From the NCBI RefSeq assembly GCF_036365525.1, contig NC_090404.1:12242550-12306549 (forward strand): a stretch of DNA of 64,000 nucleotides, read 5' to 3'. The position numbers and the translations under genes are program-made. Positions within the stretch are counted from its first letter, which is position 1. Each line of letters begins with the position of its first letter. The notes beneath the pieces were generated by a model. It was not told the DNA's origin. It did no database searches and saw only the letters and a program-made list of their open reading frames with translations. Source of the stretch: Heterodontus francisci. Taxonomy: Eukaryota. Positions 51,230 to 63,439 of the stretch are shown piece by piece.

Positions 51230-51850
51230 GATCTGAGCAATGAACCAGTGTAAATGAGTAAGGCCCCCTTTGTGCATCAACCCTGTATTCAATGGTTAAA
51301 AAATTTAACAATGTAACTGTACTGATGAGCGAGGCTCCCCACGGTGGATCATCTCAGTGCCTCTCTATCATCAATTGGTTAACGCTTTAAGTAATGTACC
51401 TGTGGAAGTGAGGGACGCCCGCTTTGTGCATGTCTGCTCTCAATTTTTAAAGTTTTTGATCAGTGTCCCTGTGCAGACGGCTGAGGCTCCCGTGGTGGAT
51501 CATCTCAGTGCCTCTTGATACAGCACGGTTATCTATCTGAGCAATGTACCTTTACAGATGAGTGAGGCGCCTTACGACGGATCAGTTCAGTGCTTGCCTG
51601 GTCTCATTGGTTACAGATCTGAGACCTTTGCCTGAGGAGGTGCGCGAGGCTCCCCTCCAGTGGAGTAGTCTTATCCCAGTCTGGTCTCAATGGTTGAAGA
51701 CCTAAGCAAGATGAATGTGCACATGAATGAATGAGGCACCCCGAGGCACATCAGCTCAAAGTCTGTCTGCTGTCAATGGTTAAATATTTGATCAATGGAG
51801 CTGTGAAGCTGAGTGACTCCCTCCATAGATCCGCCCTGTGCCTATCTGTA
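51230..51850 (+). repeat. Degenerate ~70-82-bp tandem array, about 8 units
   Basis: Recurrent atctgagcaatgtacctgtg...gagtgaggctccc...ggatcatctcagtgcct...caatggtt. Confidence 0.75.
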
Positions 51851-51859
51851 TACTTTGAG

Positions 51860-52170
51860 AGAGCTGCCAAATGAGGAACATAGATAAAGGTGAGACTGAG
51901 TACAGTGATTTAGACAGACAGTAAAATAAAGATGAGACTCAGTATAGGGATACAGAGAGACACCAAGAGAGGGAGATAGATAAAGTAGTGACTGAGTATT
52001 GAGATAAGGAAAGACACCAACAGAAGGAGATAGGTAAAGTAGTGCCTGAGTACACAGATACAGAGAGACACTAAGAGGGGAAGATAAAGGTCAGACTGAG
52101 TACAGTGAGTAATGCAGGGAGAGATAAATAAAAGTAAGACTGACTACAGTGAGTCATTTAGAGAGACAAA
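51860..52170 (+). repeat. Purine-rich ~50-bp tandem repeat
   Basis: gataaaggtgagactgagtacagtgatacagagagacaccaagag units. Confidence 0.75.
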
Positions 52171-53121
52171 AGCAGAAGGATGTTGATTCATGTTTATAGA
52201 TTCATGTGTATATTTATCAATATAAAGGCACAAAGTGAAAAGTTTAGTAAGGCTTTTACTGCCACAATGAACAGAGCACGATCCGGCGCTCAAATGCACT
52301 AAGAGAGGAAACCAAATTAACCTCAGATCAAACTGTCACCCAACTGTTTCCAGGAGCGGCCCCTTACACAGGAAACATAGGAATATAAGGAGGCTATTGG
52401 GCCCCTCGAAAATGGTCCACCATTCAATTGGATCATGACTCATTTCTTGCTGAATACCATTGACACGCCTCTAATCCAAATCACTTCACAAACTTACAAA
52501 GGAACATGGGAACAGGAGAAGGCCCTTAAGTCATTCGAGTCTGGAAAATACCAACAGGACGGAGCCATTTAGCCCCTCCAGCCTGCTTCGCTATTTATTG
52601 CATCAGGTCTGATTTTTAGCTCACTCCATGTATCCAGCTTTGCTCCACATCTCTCGATACCAAACAAATATCCATCCATCTTAATGCTGAAAGCTTCAAC
52701 TTTTCGGCCAGAATCCATAGCCTTTTGGGGGACAGAATTCCACATTGCTCCTTATCCTTCGTGCTAAAAATAGCCTCTTGAAGAAGAATGGAAGGAGGAA
52801 AGACTATCAGCTTTTAATTTTGCTTCTGAATATTTGTGGGGGCACAGAAGGGAGGGTCAGGTGAGTGCGACAGCTGATCGAAGGTAAATTTAAGTTTAGG
52901 ATCTCTTGAAATCAATAAGACTGGAGGTGGCTCCCTGCTAACTCGGTATCTTGTGACCTCTGTGGAGATGGAGCAGGAAGTTCGAATTGTATCTTGAAGC
53001 AGACACCCAGTTCCTCCCTCTTTAGTTGTACAAGTGAACCACCTCCCTCAACACTGATCATGCATTGTTTATTTGCTCTGATAACTCCAGCTCCACTTCA
53101 TGATATGCCCCATGGAGGAAT

Positions 53122-55545
53122 TAGAACATAGAACATAGAACAGTACAGCACAGTACAGGCCCTTCGGTCCACGATGTTGTGCCGACCCTTTAACCTACTC
53201 TAAGATCATACTACATACAGACCCTTCATACTACTATCATCCATGTACCTATCCAGAGTCGCTTAAATGTCCCTAATGTAACTGCTTCTACTACCACCGC
53301 TGGCAGTACATTCCACACACCCACCACTCTCTGTGTAAAGAACCTACCTCTGACATCTCCCCGAAACCTTCCTCCAATCACCTTAAAATTATGCCCCCTG
53401 GTGATAGCCCTTTCCACCCTGGGAAAAAGTCTCTGGCTATCCACTCTATCTATGCCTCTCATCATCTTGTACCCCTCTATCAAGTCACCTCTCATCCTTC
53501 TTCGCTCCAATGAGAACAGCCCTAGCTCCCTCAACCTTTCTTCATAAGACATGCCCTCCAGTCCAGGCAGCATCCTGGTAAATCTCCTCTGCACCCTCTC
53601 TAAAGCTTCCACATCCTTCCTAAAATGAGGCGACCAGAACTGAACACAATATTCCAAGTGTGGTCTAACCAGGGCCTTATGGAGCTGCAGCACAACCTCG
53701 TGGCTCTAAAATTCAATCCCCCTGTTAGTGAAAGCCAAAACCTCATACGCTTTCTTAACTACCCTATCAACTTGGGTGGCAACTTTGAGGGATCTATGGA
53801 CGTGGACCCCAAGATCCCTCTGTTCCTCCACACTGCCAAGAATCCTGTCTTTAAGCCTGTATTCTGCATTCAAATTGCAGAATTTCAAATTCGACCTTCC
53901 AAAATGAATCACTTCACACTTTTCCAGGTTGAACTCCATCTGCCACTTCTCAGCCCAGCTCTGCATCCTGTTAATGTCCCGTTGCAACCTACAACAGCCC
54001 TCCACACTATCCACAACTCCAGCAACCTTTGTGTTATCGGCAAACTTACTAACCCAGCCTTCCACTTCCTCATCCAAGTCATTTACAAAAATCACAGAGA
54101 GCAGAGGTCCCAGAACAGATCCCTGCGGAACACCACTGGTCACCGAGCTCCAGGCTGAATACTTTCCATCTACTACCACCCTCTGTCTTCTATAGGCCAG
54201 CCAATTCTGTATCCAGACAGCCAAATTTCCCTGTATCCCATGCCTCCTGACTTTCTGAATGAGCCTACCATGGGGAACCTTATCAAACGCCTTGCTCAAA
54301 TCCATATACACGACATCCACTGCTCTTCCTTCATCAATGTGTTTTGTCACATCCTCAAAGAATTCAATAAGGCTTGTGAGGCATGACCTGCTCCTCACAA
54401 AGCCATGCTGACTATCTGTAATCAAACTATGCTTTTCCAAATAATCATAAATCCTGTCTCTCAGAATCCTCTCCAATAATTTGCCCACCACCGACGTAAG
54501 ACTGTCTGGTCTGTAATTTCCAGGGTTATCCCTATTCCCTTTCTTGAACAAGGGAATAACATTTGCCACCCTGCAATCATCGGGTACTACTCCAGTGGAC
54601 AGTGAGGATGCAAAGATCATCGCCAAAGGCGCGGCAATCTCTTCCCTCGCTTCCCATAATAATCTTGGTTATATCCCGTCTGGCCCCGGGGACTTATCTA
54701 TCCTCATGTCTTTTAAAATTTCCAGCACATCCTCCTTCTTAACATCAACCTGTTCGAACATAGCAGGCTGTTTCACGCTGTCCTCACAAACGACAAGGTC
54801 CCTCTCACTAGTGAATACTGAAGCAAAGTATTCATTTAGGACCTCCCCTACCTCCTTCGACTCCAGGCACAAGTTCCCTCCACTATCCCTGATCGGCCCT
54901 ACCCTCACTTTGGCCATCCTCTTGTTCCTCACATAAGTGTAGAACGCATTGGGATTTTCCTTAATCCGACCCGCCAAGACATTTTCATGTCCCCTTCTAG
55001 TTCTCCTAAGTCCATTCTTCAGTTCCTTTCTGGCTACCTTGTAACCCTCTAGAGCCCTGTCTGATCCTTGCTTCCTCAACCTTAAGTAAGCGTCCTTCTT
55101 CCTCTTGACTAGCTGTTCCACATCTCTTGTCATCCAAGGTTCCTTCACCCTACCATCCCTTCCTTGCCTCATCGCGACAAACCTATCCAGCAGTCGCAGC
55201 AAGTGCTCCCTAAACAACCTCCACATTTCTGTCGTGCATTTCCCTGAGAACATCTGTTCCCAATTTAAGCTCCCCAGTTCCTGCCTAATAGCATTGTACT
55301 CCCCCTCCCCCAATTAAATATTTTCCCATCCCGTCTGCTCCGATCCTTCTCCATGATGATAGTAAAGGTCAGGGAGTTGTGATCACTATCACCGAAATGC
55401 TCTCCCACCGAGAGATCTGCCACCTGGCCTGGTTCGTTGCCAAGCACCAAATCCAACATAGCCTTCCCTCCAGTCGGCCTACCTGCATATTGAGTCAGGA
55501 AACCTTCCTGGACACACCTGACAAAATCTGCTCCATCCGAACTAT
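53122..55545 (-). mobile_element. Young 5'-truncated CR1-type LINE (ORF2 RT and 3' tail)
   Basis: ORFs 55265-55582, 54669-55313, 53706-54626 (SGVPQGSVLGP, KFADNTK) and 53226-53693, separated by two in-frame stops and one frameshift; (GTTCTAT)n tail. Confidence 0.95.
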
Positions 55546-55629
55546 TTGTAAGAAGGAGAATTTTCCTTTGCTCTTCTCTCACCGGCTGGTGTTCTCTACT
55601 TGCTACTTCATCCTATTTGCAGACGACAG

Positions 55630-56120
55630 GGCAAGTTAATGAGCTGTTGAAAACAAACACATAGCATTCTGAGATTTTATACATAGAGGCATAGAGTACA
55701 AAAGCAACAGAACTTTACTGAACCTCGATAGCTCACTGTTTAGACCTCAGCTAGAGAACCATATACAGTTCTGAAAACCACAATTTAGACAGAATACCAA
55801 GGATTCGAGTGTGCGCAGAGAAGCTTTATTAGAGTAGAATCAGGGATGATGGACTTTAATTATATGGAGAGACTAGAGAGACTGGGATTGTTCTTGTTTG
55901 AGCAAAGACGGTTGAGATGAGATACAATACAGATGTTTAATATTCGGATGGGTTTGATGGAGCAGATAGGGAGAAACTGATTCCAATGGCAGAAAGGCCC
56001 TCAACAGGAGGACACTGATGCAACGTGATTGGGAATATAATTAGAGGGATGATGAGGTTTTTTTTACACATTGACTCGTTATGATCTGGAATGCAGTGCT
56101 TGAAAATGTGTTAGAAGTAC
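55630..56120 (+). mobile_element. Old CR1 3' fragment, continued at ~60871-61005 after the RTE insertion
   Basis: Degenerate ORF2 C-terminus ends at ttagaagtac and resumes at ttagaactacattcaatag...gaatggcctcttctgcgctgta. Confidence 0.7.
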
Positions 56121-59100
56121 TTTCTTTGGCCTCCTTATCTCGAGAGACAATGGGTAAGCGACTGGAGGAGGTCAGTGGTGTGTGGAACAGCGCCTGGGGT
56201 GGCTTTGAAGGACAATTCTAGAGTGACAGGCTCTTCCACAGGTGCTGCAGAAAAATTTGATTGTCGGGGCTGTTACACAGTTGGCTCTTCCCTTGCGCCT
56301 CTGTCTTTTTTCCTGCCAACTGCTGAGTCTTTTTGACTCGCCACACTTTAGGCCCGCCTTTATGGCTGTCCGCCAGCTCTGGCGAATGCTGGCAACTGAC
56401 TCCCACGACTTGTGATCAATGTCACAGGATTTCATGTCGCGTTTGCAGACGTCTTTAAAGCGGAGACATGGACGGCTGATGGGTCTGATACCAGTGGCGA
56501 GCTTGCTGTACAATGTGTCTTTGGGGATCCTGCCATCTTCCATGCGGCTCACATGGCCAAGCCATCTCAAGTGCCGCTGACTCAGTCGTGTGTATAAGCT
56601 GGGGATGTTGGCCGCCTCGAGGACTTCTGTGTTGGAGTTACGGTCCTGCCACCTGATGCCAAGTATTCTCCGGAGGCAGCGAAGATGGAATGAATTGAGA
56701 CGTCGCTCTTGGCTGACATACGTTGTCCAGGCCTCGCTGCCATAGAGCAAGGTCCTGAGGACACAGGCTTGATACACTCGGACTTTTGTGTTCCGTGTCA
56801 GTGCGCCATTTTCCCACACTCTCTTGGCCAGTCTGGACATAGCAGTGGAAGCCTTTCCCATGCGCTTGCTGATTTCTGCATCAAGAGACAGGTTACTGGT
56901 GATAGTTGAGCCCAGGTAGGTGAACTCTTGAACAACTTCCAGAGTGTGGTCGCCAATATTGATGGATGGAGTATTTCTGACGCCCTGCCCCATGATGTTC
57001 GTATTCTTCAGGCTGATGGTTAGGCCAAATTCATTGCAGGGAGCCGCAAACCTGTCGATGAGACTCTGCAGGCACTCTTCAGTGTGAGATGTTAAAGCAG
57101 CATCGTCAGCAAAAAGGAGTTCCCTGATGAGGACTCTCCGTACTTTGGACTTCACTCGTAGACGGGCAAGGTTGAACAACCTGCCCCCTGATCTTGTGTG
57201 GATGAAAATTCCTTCTTCAGAGGACTTGAACGCATGTGAAAGCAGCAGGGAGAAGAAAATCCCAAAAAGTGTGGGTGCGAGAACACAGCCCTGTTTCACG
57301 CCACTCAGGATAGGAAAGGGGTCTGATGAGGAGCCACCATGTTGAATTGTGCCTTTCATATTTTCATGGAATGAGGTGATAATACTTAGTAGCTTTGGTG
57401 GGCATCCAATCTTTTCTAGTAGTCTGAAGAGACCACGTCTGCTGACGAGGTCAAAGGCTTTGGTGAGATCAATGAAAGCAATGCAAAGGGGCATCTGTTG
57501 GTCGTGGCTTTTCTCCTGTATCTGACGAAGGGAGAACAGCATGTCAACGGTCGATCTCTCTGCACGAAAGCCACACTGTGCCTTAGGGCAGATGCGCTCG
57601 GCCAGCTTCTGGAGCCTGTTTAGAGTGACTCGAGCAAAGACTTTCCCCACTATGCTGAGCAGGGAGATTCCACGGTAGTTGTTGTAGTCACCTCGGTCAT
57701 CTTTGTTTTTATAGAGGGTGATGATATTGGCATCGCGCATGTCCTGAGGTACTGCTCCCCAGCACAGGCATAGCAGTTCATGTCGTGCTGAGAGTATAGC
57801 AGGCTTGGCACTTTTGATTATTTCAGGGGTAATGCTGTCCTTCCCAGGGGCTTTTCCGTTGGCTAGAGAATCACTGGCATCACTGAGTTCCGATTTGGTT
57901 GGCTGTATGCCCAGCTCATCCATGGCTGATAGAGGCTGGGCTGCATTGAGGGCAGTCTCAGTGACAACATTCTCCCTGGAGTACAGTTCTAGGTAGTGCT
58001 CAACCCAGCGGTCCATTTGTTTGCGTTGGTCAGTGATTATGTCCCCTGATTTAGATTTGAGGGGGGCGATCTTCTTGATGGTTGGCCCAAGAGCTCTCTT
58101 AATGCCATCATACATTCCTCTGATGTTTCCGGTGTCTGAGGCCTGCTGCATATGACTGCATAGGTGTTGCCAGTAGTCATTTGCGCAGCGCCTGGCTGTT
58201 CTTTGTGCAGTGCTTCTGGCTGCTTTAAGTGCTACAGATGTTAACTCGCTGGGGGCTTTCTTGTAGTTCAACAGTGCAATGCACTTAGCGGCTATGACAG
58301 GTTCCAGCTCTTCATTATGATGTTGAAACCGGTCTGCATTTCTCCTCGCAATTTTGCCGTAGGTGGTCAAAGCTGACTCATAGATGGCGTCTCTGATGTG
58401 GGCCCACTTGATCTCAGCATCCCCTGTGGGAGTGTTTTGAAGGGCTGACACAAGTGAATTTAGAAATTTTTGTAAAAGCTGAGAAATTCTGCTCGTGTTG
58501 ATGCGCGGGTGGCCCTTCTGCTTGGAATGATGCAACTTCTTTGGTCTGAGTCTAACCTTGCTGCACACCAGGGAGTGGTCGGTGTCGCAGTCTGCACTGT
58601 GGAAGCTGCGTGTGATTTGAACACTGTTTAAGGCTTTGTGACAATGAGGTCTAGCTGGTGCCAACGATGCGATCTTGGGTGTCTCCATGAAACCTGGTGA
58701 CAGGGTTTAGCGTGAAAGAACGAGTTGCTAATGCCGAGGTTATGATAGGTACACAACTCAAGCAGTCTCTGCCCGTTCTCATTCATCCTTCCAACGCCAA
58801 AGCGCCCAAGGCAGGAGGGCCATGAGTCATGGTCGGCCCCAACCCTGGCATTAAAGTCCCCCAGCAGGAATAGGTGTTCGGTGTTGGGGATGCTGCTAAT
58901 GATGCTATGGAGTTCCTCGTAGAACTGATCTTCAGCTTCATGTGGGGAGCAGAGTGTTGGAGCATAGATGCTGAGTCGGTGTACTGGGCCAGAGGTGGTG
59001 AGCAGTCGGATGGACAGTATGCATTCCGAGCCATTTGAGGGAGGCTCTATCATGCTGAGCAAGGGGTTTCTGATGGCGAAGCCCACTCCATGCTGTCTTT

Positions 59101-60870
59101 GTTCTTCAGGATCCCTGCCCTGCCAGAAGAAGGTGTAGTCTTGCTCTTCTAGAGATCCAGTCGCGGGGAGGTGTGTCTCCTGAAGTGCTGCAATGTCTAC
59201 ATTGAGTCTACTGAGCTTGTTGTTAATGATGGCGGTCTTCCGAGAATCGTTGATTTGTGTAAGGTCTTCCGACAGGCCAGGACACATAGTTCTGACGTTC
59301 CAGCTTGCAAAGCGAAGGGCTGGTACCTTCTTTCCTTTTTTCGTGTTGTTTGGTGCGGTGTTTCAGTCCACCTTTCGGGAAATGACACTGAGTTCCATGC
59401 ACCCATTGAAGCAAGTAGACTGTGGCGGGATAGAACCTTACTGACCGGAGGCTGCCCGGTTTGAGGCAGGCGGTTGCTGTCTGGTGAGGTGCGATGACCT
59501 CTCCCACCGACAAAGGCAACCCGTGGCGCCCAGTTTCTACACCAATTTATCTGGACTTATCACCGTAACTGCTGCCTTCCGTGTTGTTTCAGTCGCTGTG
59601 AGGCAACTATGGAGTGACCTCTCCATGGCGCATGCCTGGGCGAATTTATGGAGGTTGAGAGTTGCCCAGTCGTCAAAGCCCCCTCTCGGCCTTTCTGGTG
59701 GGGTCCAAAGGAGTGCAGAGCATGACGTTTGGCACCGGTATGGCTGCAGGAACTGCCGGAAACATGTCAAAGGTGACACATGACTGCCTACGGGGTTCCA
59801 CTCCAGATTTTCTGTTAAAGTTTACTCCCTTAGCCTTGGTCTCTCCCGAGACGCCCACAAGGCAGTGGGATTATTAGAGCTTCTACACAGGTGTAGGATG
59901 ATGCCGGTGGGAGGAGGGGATGCGAGGGGGAGGGGTGGAGGGAGGGGGGTGCGACGGGGAGCTGGGAAGGGCGCTGTAAGGGGGTGGGGTGCAGGGGAAG
60001 TGGTGGAGGGAGGAGGGTGCGAGGGGGAGCTGGGAAGGGGGCTGTAAGGGGCTGGGGGATGCAGGGGAAGTGGGTGCTGGGGGAAGATGGTGCGAGGTGG
60101 GGCTGGGACAGGGTTGTGAGAGGGTGAGCTGAGAGGGTGGAGCAGGGAAGGGGAAGGAAGGGGGGATGGAAAGGGGGGAAGGGGAAGGGAGGAGAAAGCG
60201 GGTACAGGTAATAAGCCATTTCCTCAGTTCCCACCGTCGACGTCCGGAAAGCTCATCCGCATCCTTCGGGAGGTGAAGCATCTTTGGGCAGACTTACAAA
60301 GGTGATTATATTCACCCAGGGTTTTTTGATGTGGTTTAAATAAAGGCATACCGCATTGCCGACAGTGCGCTGCAGTTGCTCTCCGAGTCATCTCCCGCTG
60401 GCGCTTTGAAGTTGCGGCCGAAGAGCCGTTCATGGATTTTTTGGGTGTTCGGAGCACCTTTTCTCAAGGCTTCCCTAAGGTCCCGCTGCTCCTTCTTCTC
60501 CTCAATGGACTTACCGCACGCAGTGGCCGCAGACACTCTGGGCAGTGAAGACAGCAGGATCGGAGATTAAAGTATCGACAGCTGTGCTCTTCAGTTTCAT
60601 CCGGATCAATTTCATTGAGAAAACAAAGAGCAGGTGTGGCTGGGGGAGGGCAGTGGATCCAGGCAACATACACTAAACTAACTGTTAGCTTTTAGTTAGG
60701 GATAAAATGAACTGATATAAAGAGCCAGGTGAGTTTAAACAGTTTATGATGGTAGATTGGGGGAGAAAGCAATAAGAATGGGAGCAGATGGCCATGGATA
60801 GAGTTGAACAGCAAGGGAGCTTCCTAGGGAGCTTACAGACCAGGAGCCATCTTGAAGGAGACCACATACC
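56121..60870 (-). mobile_element. Near-complete RTE-clade non-LTR retrotransposon (APE endonuclease + RT + C-terminal Cys motif), one frameshift
   Basis: 58628-59287 DIAALQET..SIYAPT..LLGDFNARVG; 56172-58688 DTDH, QCGFR, FIDLTKAFD, GVKQGCVLAP, LFADD, CSTCGRAC; flanked by TTAGAAGTAC/TTAGAACTAC. Confidence 0.92.
59905..60200 (+). repeat. G-rich low-complexity tract
   Basis: Dense GGG runs with repeated gggagctgggaagggg...gtaagggg units. Confidence 0.9.
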
Positions 60871-61057
60871 TTAGAACTACATTCAATAGAGTATTGAGTA
60901 AACAATTGAAGGGGGAATAAATTGCTATGCTTTGGATCGATGTTTCAAACAGCTGGTATAGGTATCATGCTCGAATGGCCTCTTCTGCGCTGTACGATGG
61001 TATGAGGAATTGCACTCTGTGCTGCAGCACTATCTGACCGCACTGCAATTCGGAGTC

Positions 61058-61096
61058 AGTATTTGTACCAGTGGAACTTTGGGTTATATCACTGTG
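61058..61096 (-). other. V 23-RSS
   Basis: CACAGTG-23-ACAAATACT on the minus strand. Confidence 0.92.
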
Positions 61097-61556
61097 TCGC
61101 AGCATTAGAGCGAATCCACAAAAATACAGCGCCGTGTCTCTCAGCTGGAGATCAGTGATGCTTAAAAAAGACACTTTTGACGATGTGTTTAATTTTGACG
61201 AAGTGAAGCGATTCCTGATGGTTTTCGCTTTTCCCTGACTGCCACAGGCAATTCTCCACACGATCATCTCCGGGAGAGCATCGGGATACTTTCGGTACCA
61301 GCACAGGTCGTACCATCTTTGTATTGTCGAATAGCTACATTGCCATGTAAAAGTCTGTCCCATTTTCAGGCCCACAGCTAACCAATCCTGAGACACAGAA
61401 TCTCCCTGAATCACATCTGGTGGGACAATTGATAATATGACAATAAGTTAATTTTAAAAGACACTGCGTCTTACGAAGGTTTGTACCTTCATCAGTTAAA
61501 GACTAACCAAATGTCAAACAGGTGAGGGTAGTCAAAAGGATGAAATTGAAATGCAT
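61097..61556 (-). CDS. TCR delta/alpha-type V segment, apparently intact (leader 61508-61556; V exon 61097-61416)
   Basis: MHFNFILLTTLTCLTF|DVIQGDSVSQ...FTWQCSYST...LCWYRKYPD...LSITDLQLRDTALYFCGFALMLR; donor GTTAGT, acceptor ccaccag. Confidence 0.88.
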
Positions 61557-61864
61557 GATCTCTGACAATCCCAGCCACGATGAGTATTTTTAAGGTTAAA
61601 CTGACTTCTAATAATCTCTCCTTTGCACGGAAGCTGATCGAGTATTTGCATTGAAGAGCTCGCAGCAATATTGTACAATGACACATCACATGCGCCAGGT
61701 TAAGCCAGTCAGGGACATTCGCTCAACATCCCTTGAGATTACGTTTCATGTGGGAGGTGGAGAGACCTACGCTAGAACTTTATGCCCCCCAACAAGCGGG
61801 CTGGTGGCGGCAGGAGGGGCTTAAAATTGAGTGGGGGGTGGGGGTCATTCCCGACACTTTCCCG

Positions 61865-62085
61865 ACCCCACTGCAATTTTGTGTGGTTGTACAGCAAAGG
61901 CTTCAAGAACCCACCTGGTAAAACAAGGCGGCCTTTTGCAGGCTGGGTGGGGGCTCTCCTGATCGGGCACCCTGTGCAATTTTATGTGGTTGGACGGCAA
62001 AGGCCCCAAGAACCCCACCTGGTAAAACAAGGCGGCCTTCTTGCGGGCTGGGTAGGGGGCCCTCCTGATCAGGCACCCTGTGCCC
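61865..62085 (+). repeat. ~105-bp direct duplication inside a GC-rich interspersed repeat
   Basis: tgcaatttt(g/a)tgtggtt...caagaaccc(c)acctggtaaaacaaggcggcctt...ggcaccctgtgc occurs twice. Confidence 0.8.
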
Positions 62086-63439
62086 AACGCAGGACCGCCC
62101 CCCAATCCCCAACAGCCCGCAACCCACAGCAATACTCCACCCCCCAAACAACCGTTCTTGCCTCCTAGGGCCTGGCTGATTGACCCCGGCGGGGCCCTAA
62201 AGACTTATCTGACTTCCGAGCCATCCTTTCTGTTGCATCCAATGGCTGGGTGTAGTCCCAGAGGTAACCGCCACTCCCGGACTAAGAGCTGCCAGCCCGC
62301 TGATAGGCCGACAGCTCCATTAGACGGGACTTGTTGCCTCAAGGATGTGGAAGACCCGGCCAAGACTAATTAAGCACCTGAGGAGAGAAAGATCTCAGTG
62401 CTGGCAGAGCAAAGAATTGAACTGCTGGGAGGCACCGCCGCAGCACTTTAAACAGGGAGCACGGCCTCAGGGCCACAATTAGAGGGTAGAGCTGTTCACA
62501 GTGTCTGTTCCCTGTGGACTGTGGAGCGGGGCAAATGGAGTCCAACTTGCTGCAAATGGTTTGAAATAAAACTGATTTATTATAGATTGGCTCTTTATTT
62601 ACTCTCAGGGAGTTAGACATCAGACAGTCTCCTGCCAATATAGAGCTGTATATTGAATGGAGGTGGCATTACTGAAAGAGCTGCCAATTATTCCAACTCC
62701 CCTGGCATTTCCCCAGAGCCCTGCAAACTCTTCCTTTTTAATATTTATCCAATTCCCTTTGGAAAGTTATTATTGAATCTGGTTTCATTTCCCTTTCAGG
62801 CAGTGCATTCTAGATTGCAGAAACTAGCTGAGTATTTTGCCAATTATATGCGGTGTTTGTTGTTAAATACATTTGCTCAGAAGATTTAATTTTAAAGTTA
62901 AATAGGATATGCAGGCGTGACGCTGTATTCACACATTGAAGGTGAGAGAGATGCTGTGGAACACCTGGTAAGTCCAGAACCTTAAAATGATTTGTGTTTA
63001 GTGATCCTGGGCGTGTTGCTGACACCTTCTCTGGATCCCAAGGCTAGGAGAGGCACTCTGGAAGGTATGGGGAGCTGGTACCAGTTCAAGAGAGTAACCA
63101 AAGGTAGGAGAACTGAAACTATCTAAAATTAGAATAAAGAAAAGGCCCCAATACGGAACACTTGGTAACAGGACATCAATTAGTCTCCTGTCCTGGAGAA
63201 ATCAAGGTCTGGACAAGCGTGTGTTGGAAAGAAATCTGATTTATTTGGTAAACATAAAAAGAAACTCCAGCCTAGTTGTAGGGGTTATTAACATTAGCAG
63301 AAACAAACTCCACTTTTAGAATGAGCATGGTTTAGTCCTGGACAGAATCCAACCACTTCAACAAAAACAACTTGCATTTAGATAACATTTTCAGCATAAT
63401 ATATCAGTCCAAGGGTATTATAAAACAAAATATATACCA

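Noticed and set aside
51230-51850. CRISPR-like array
   Set aside because: Vertebrate DNA; units diverge throughout with no constant repeat/unique spacer pattern and no cas genes.
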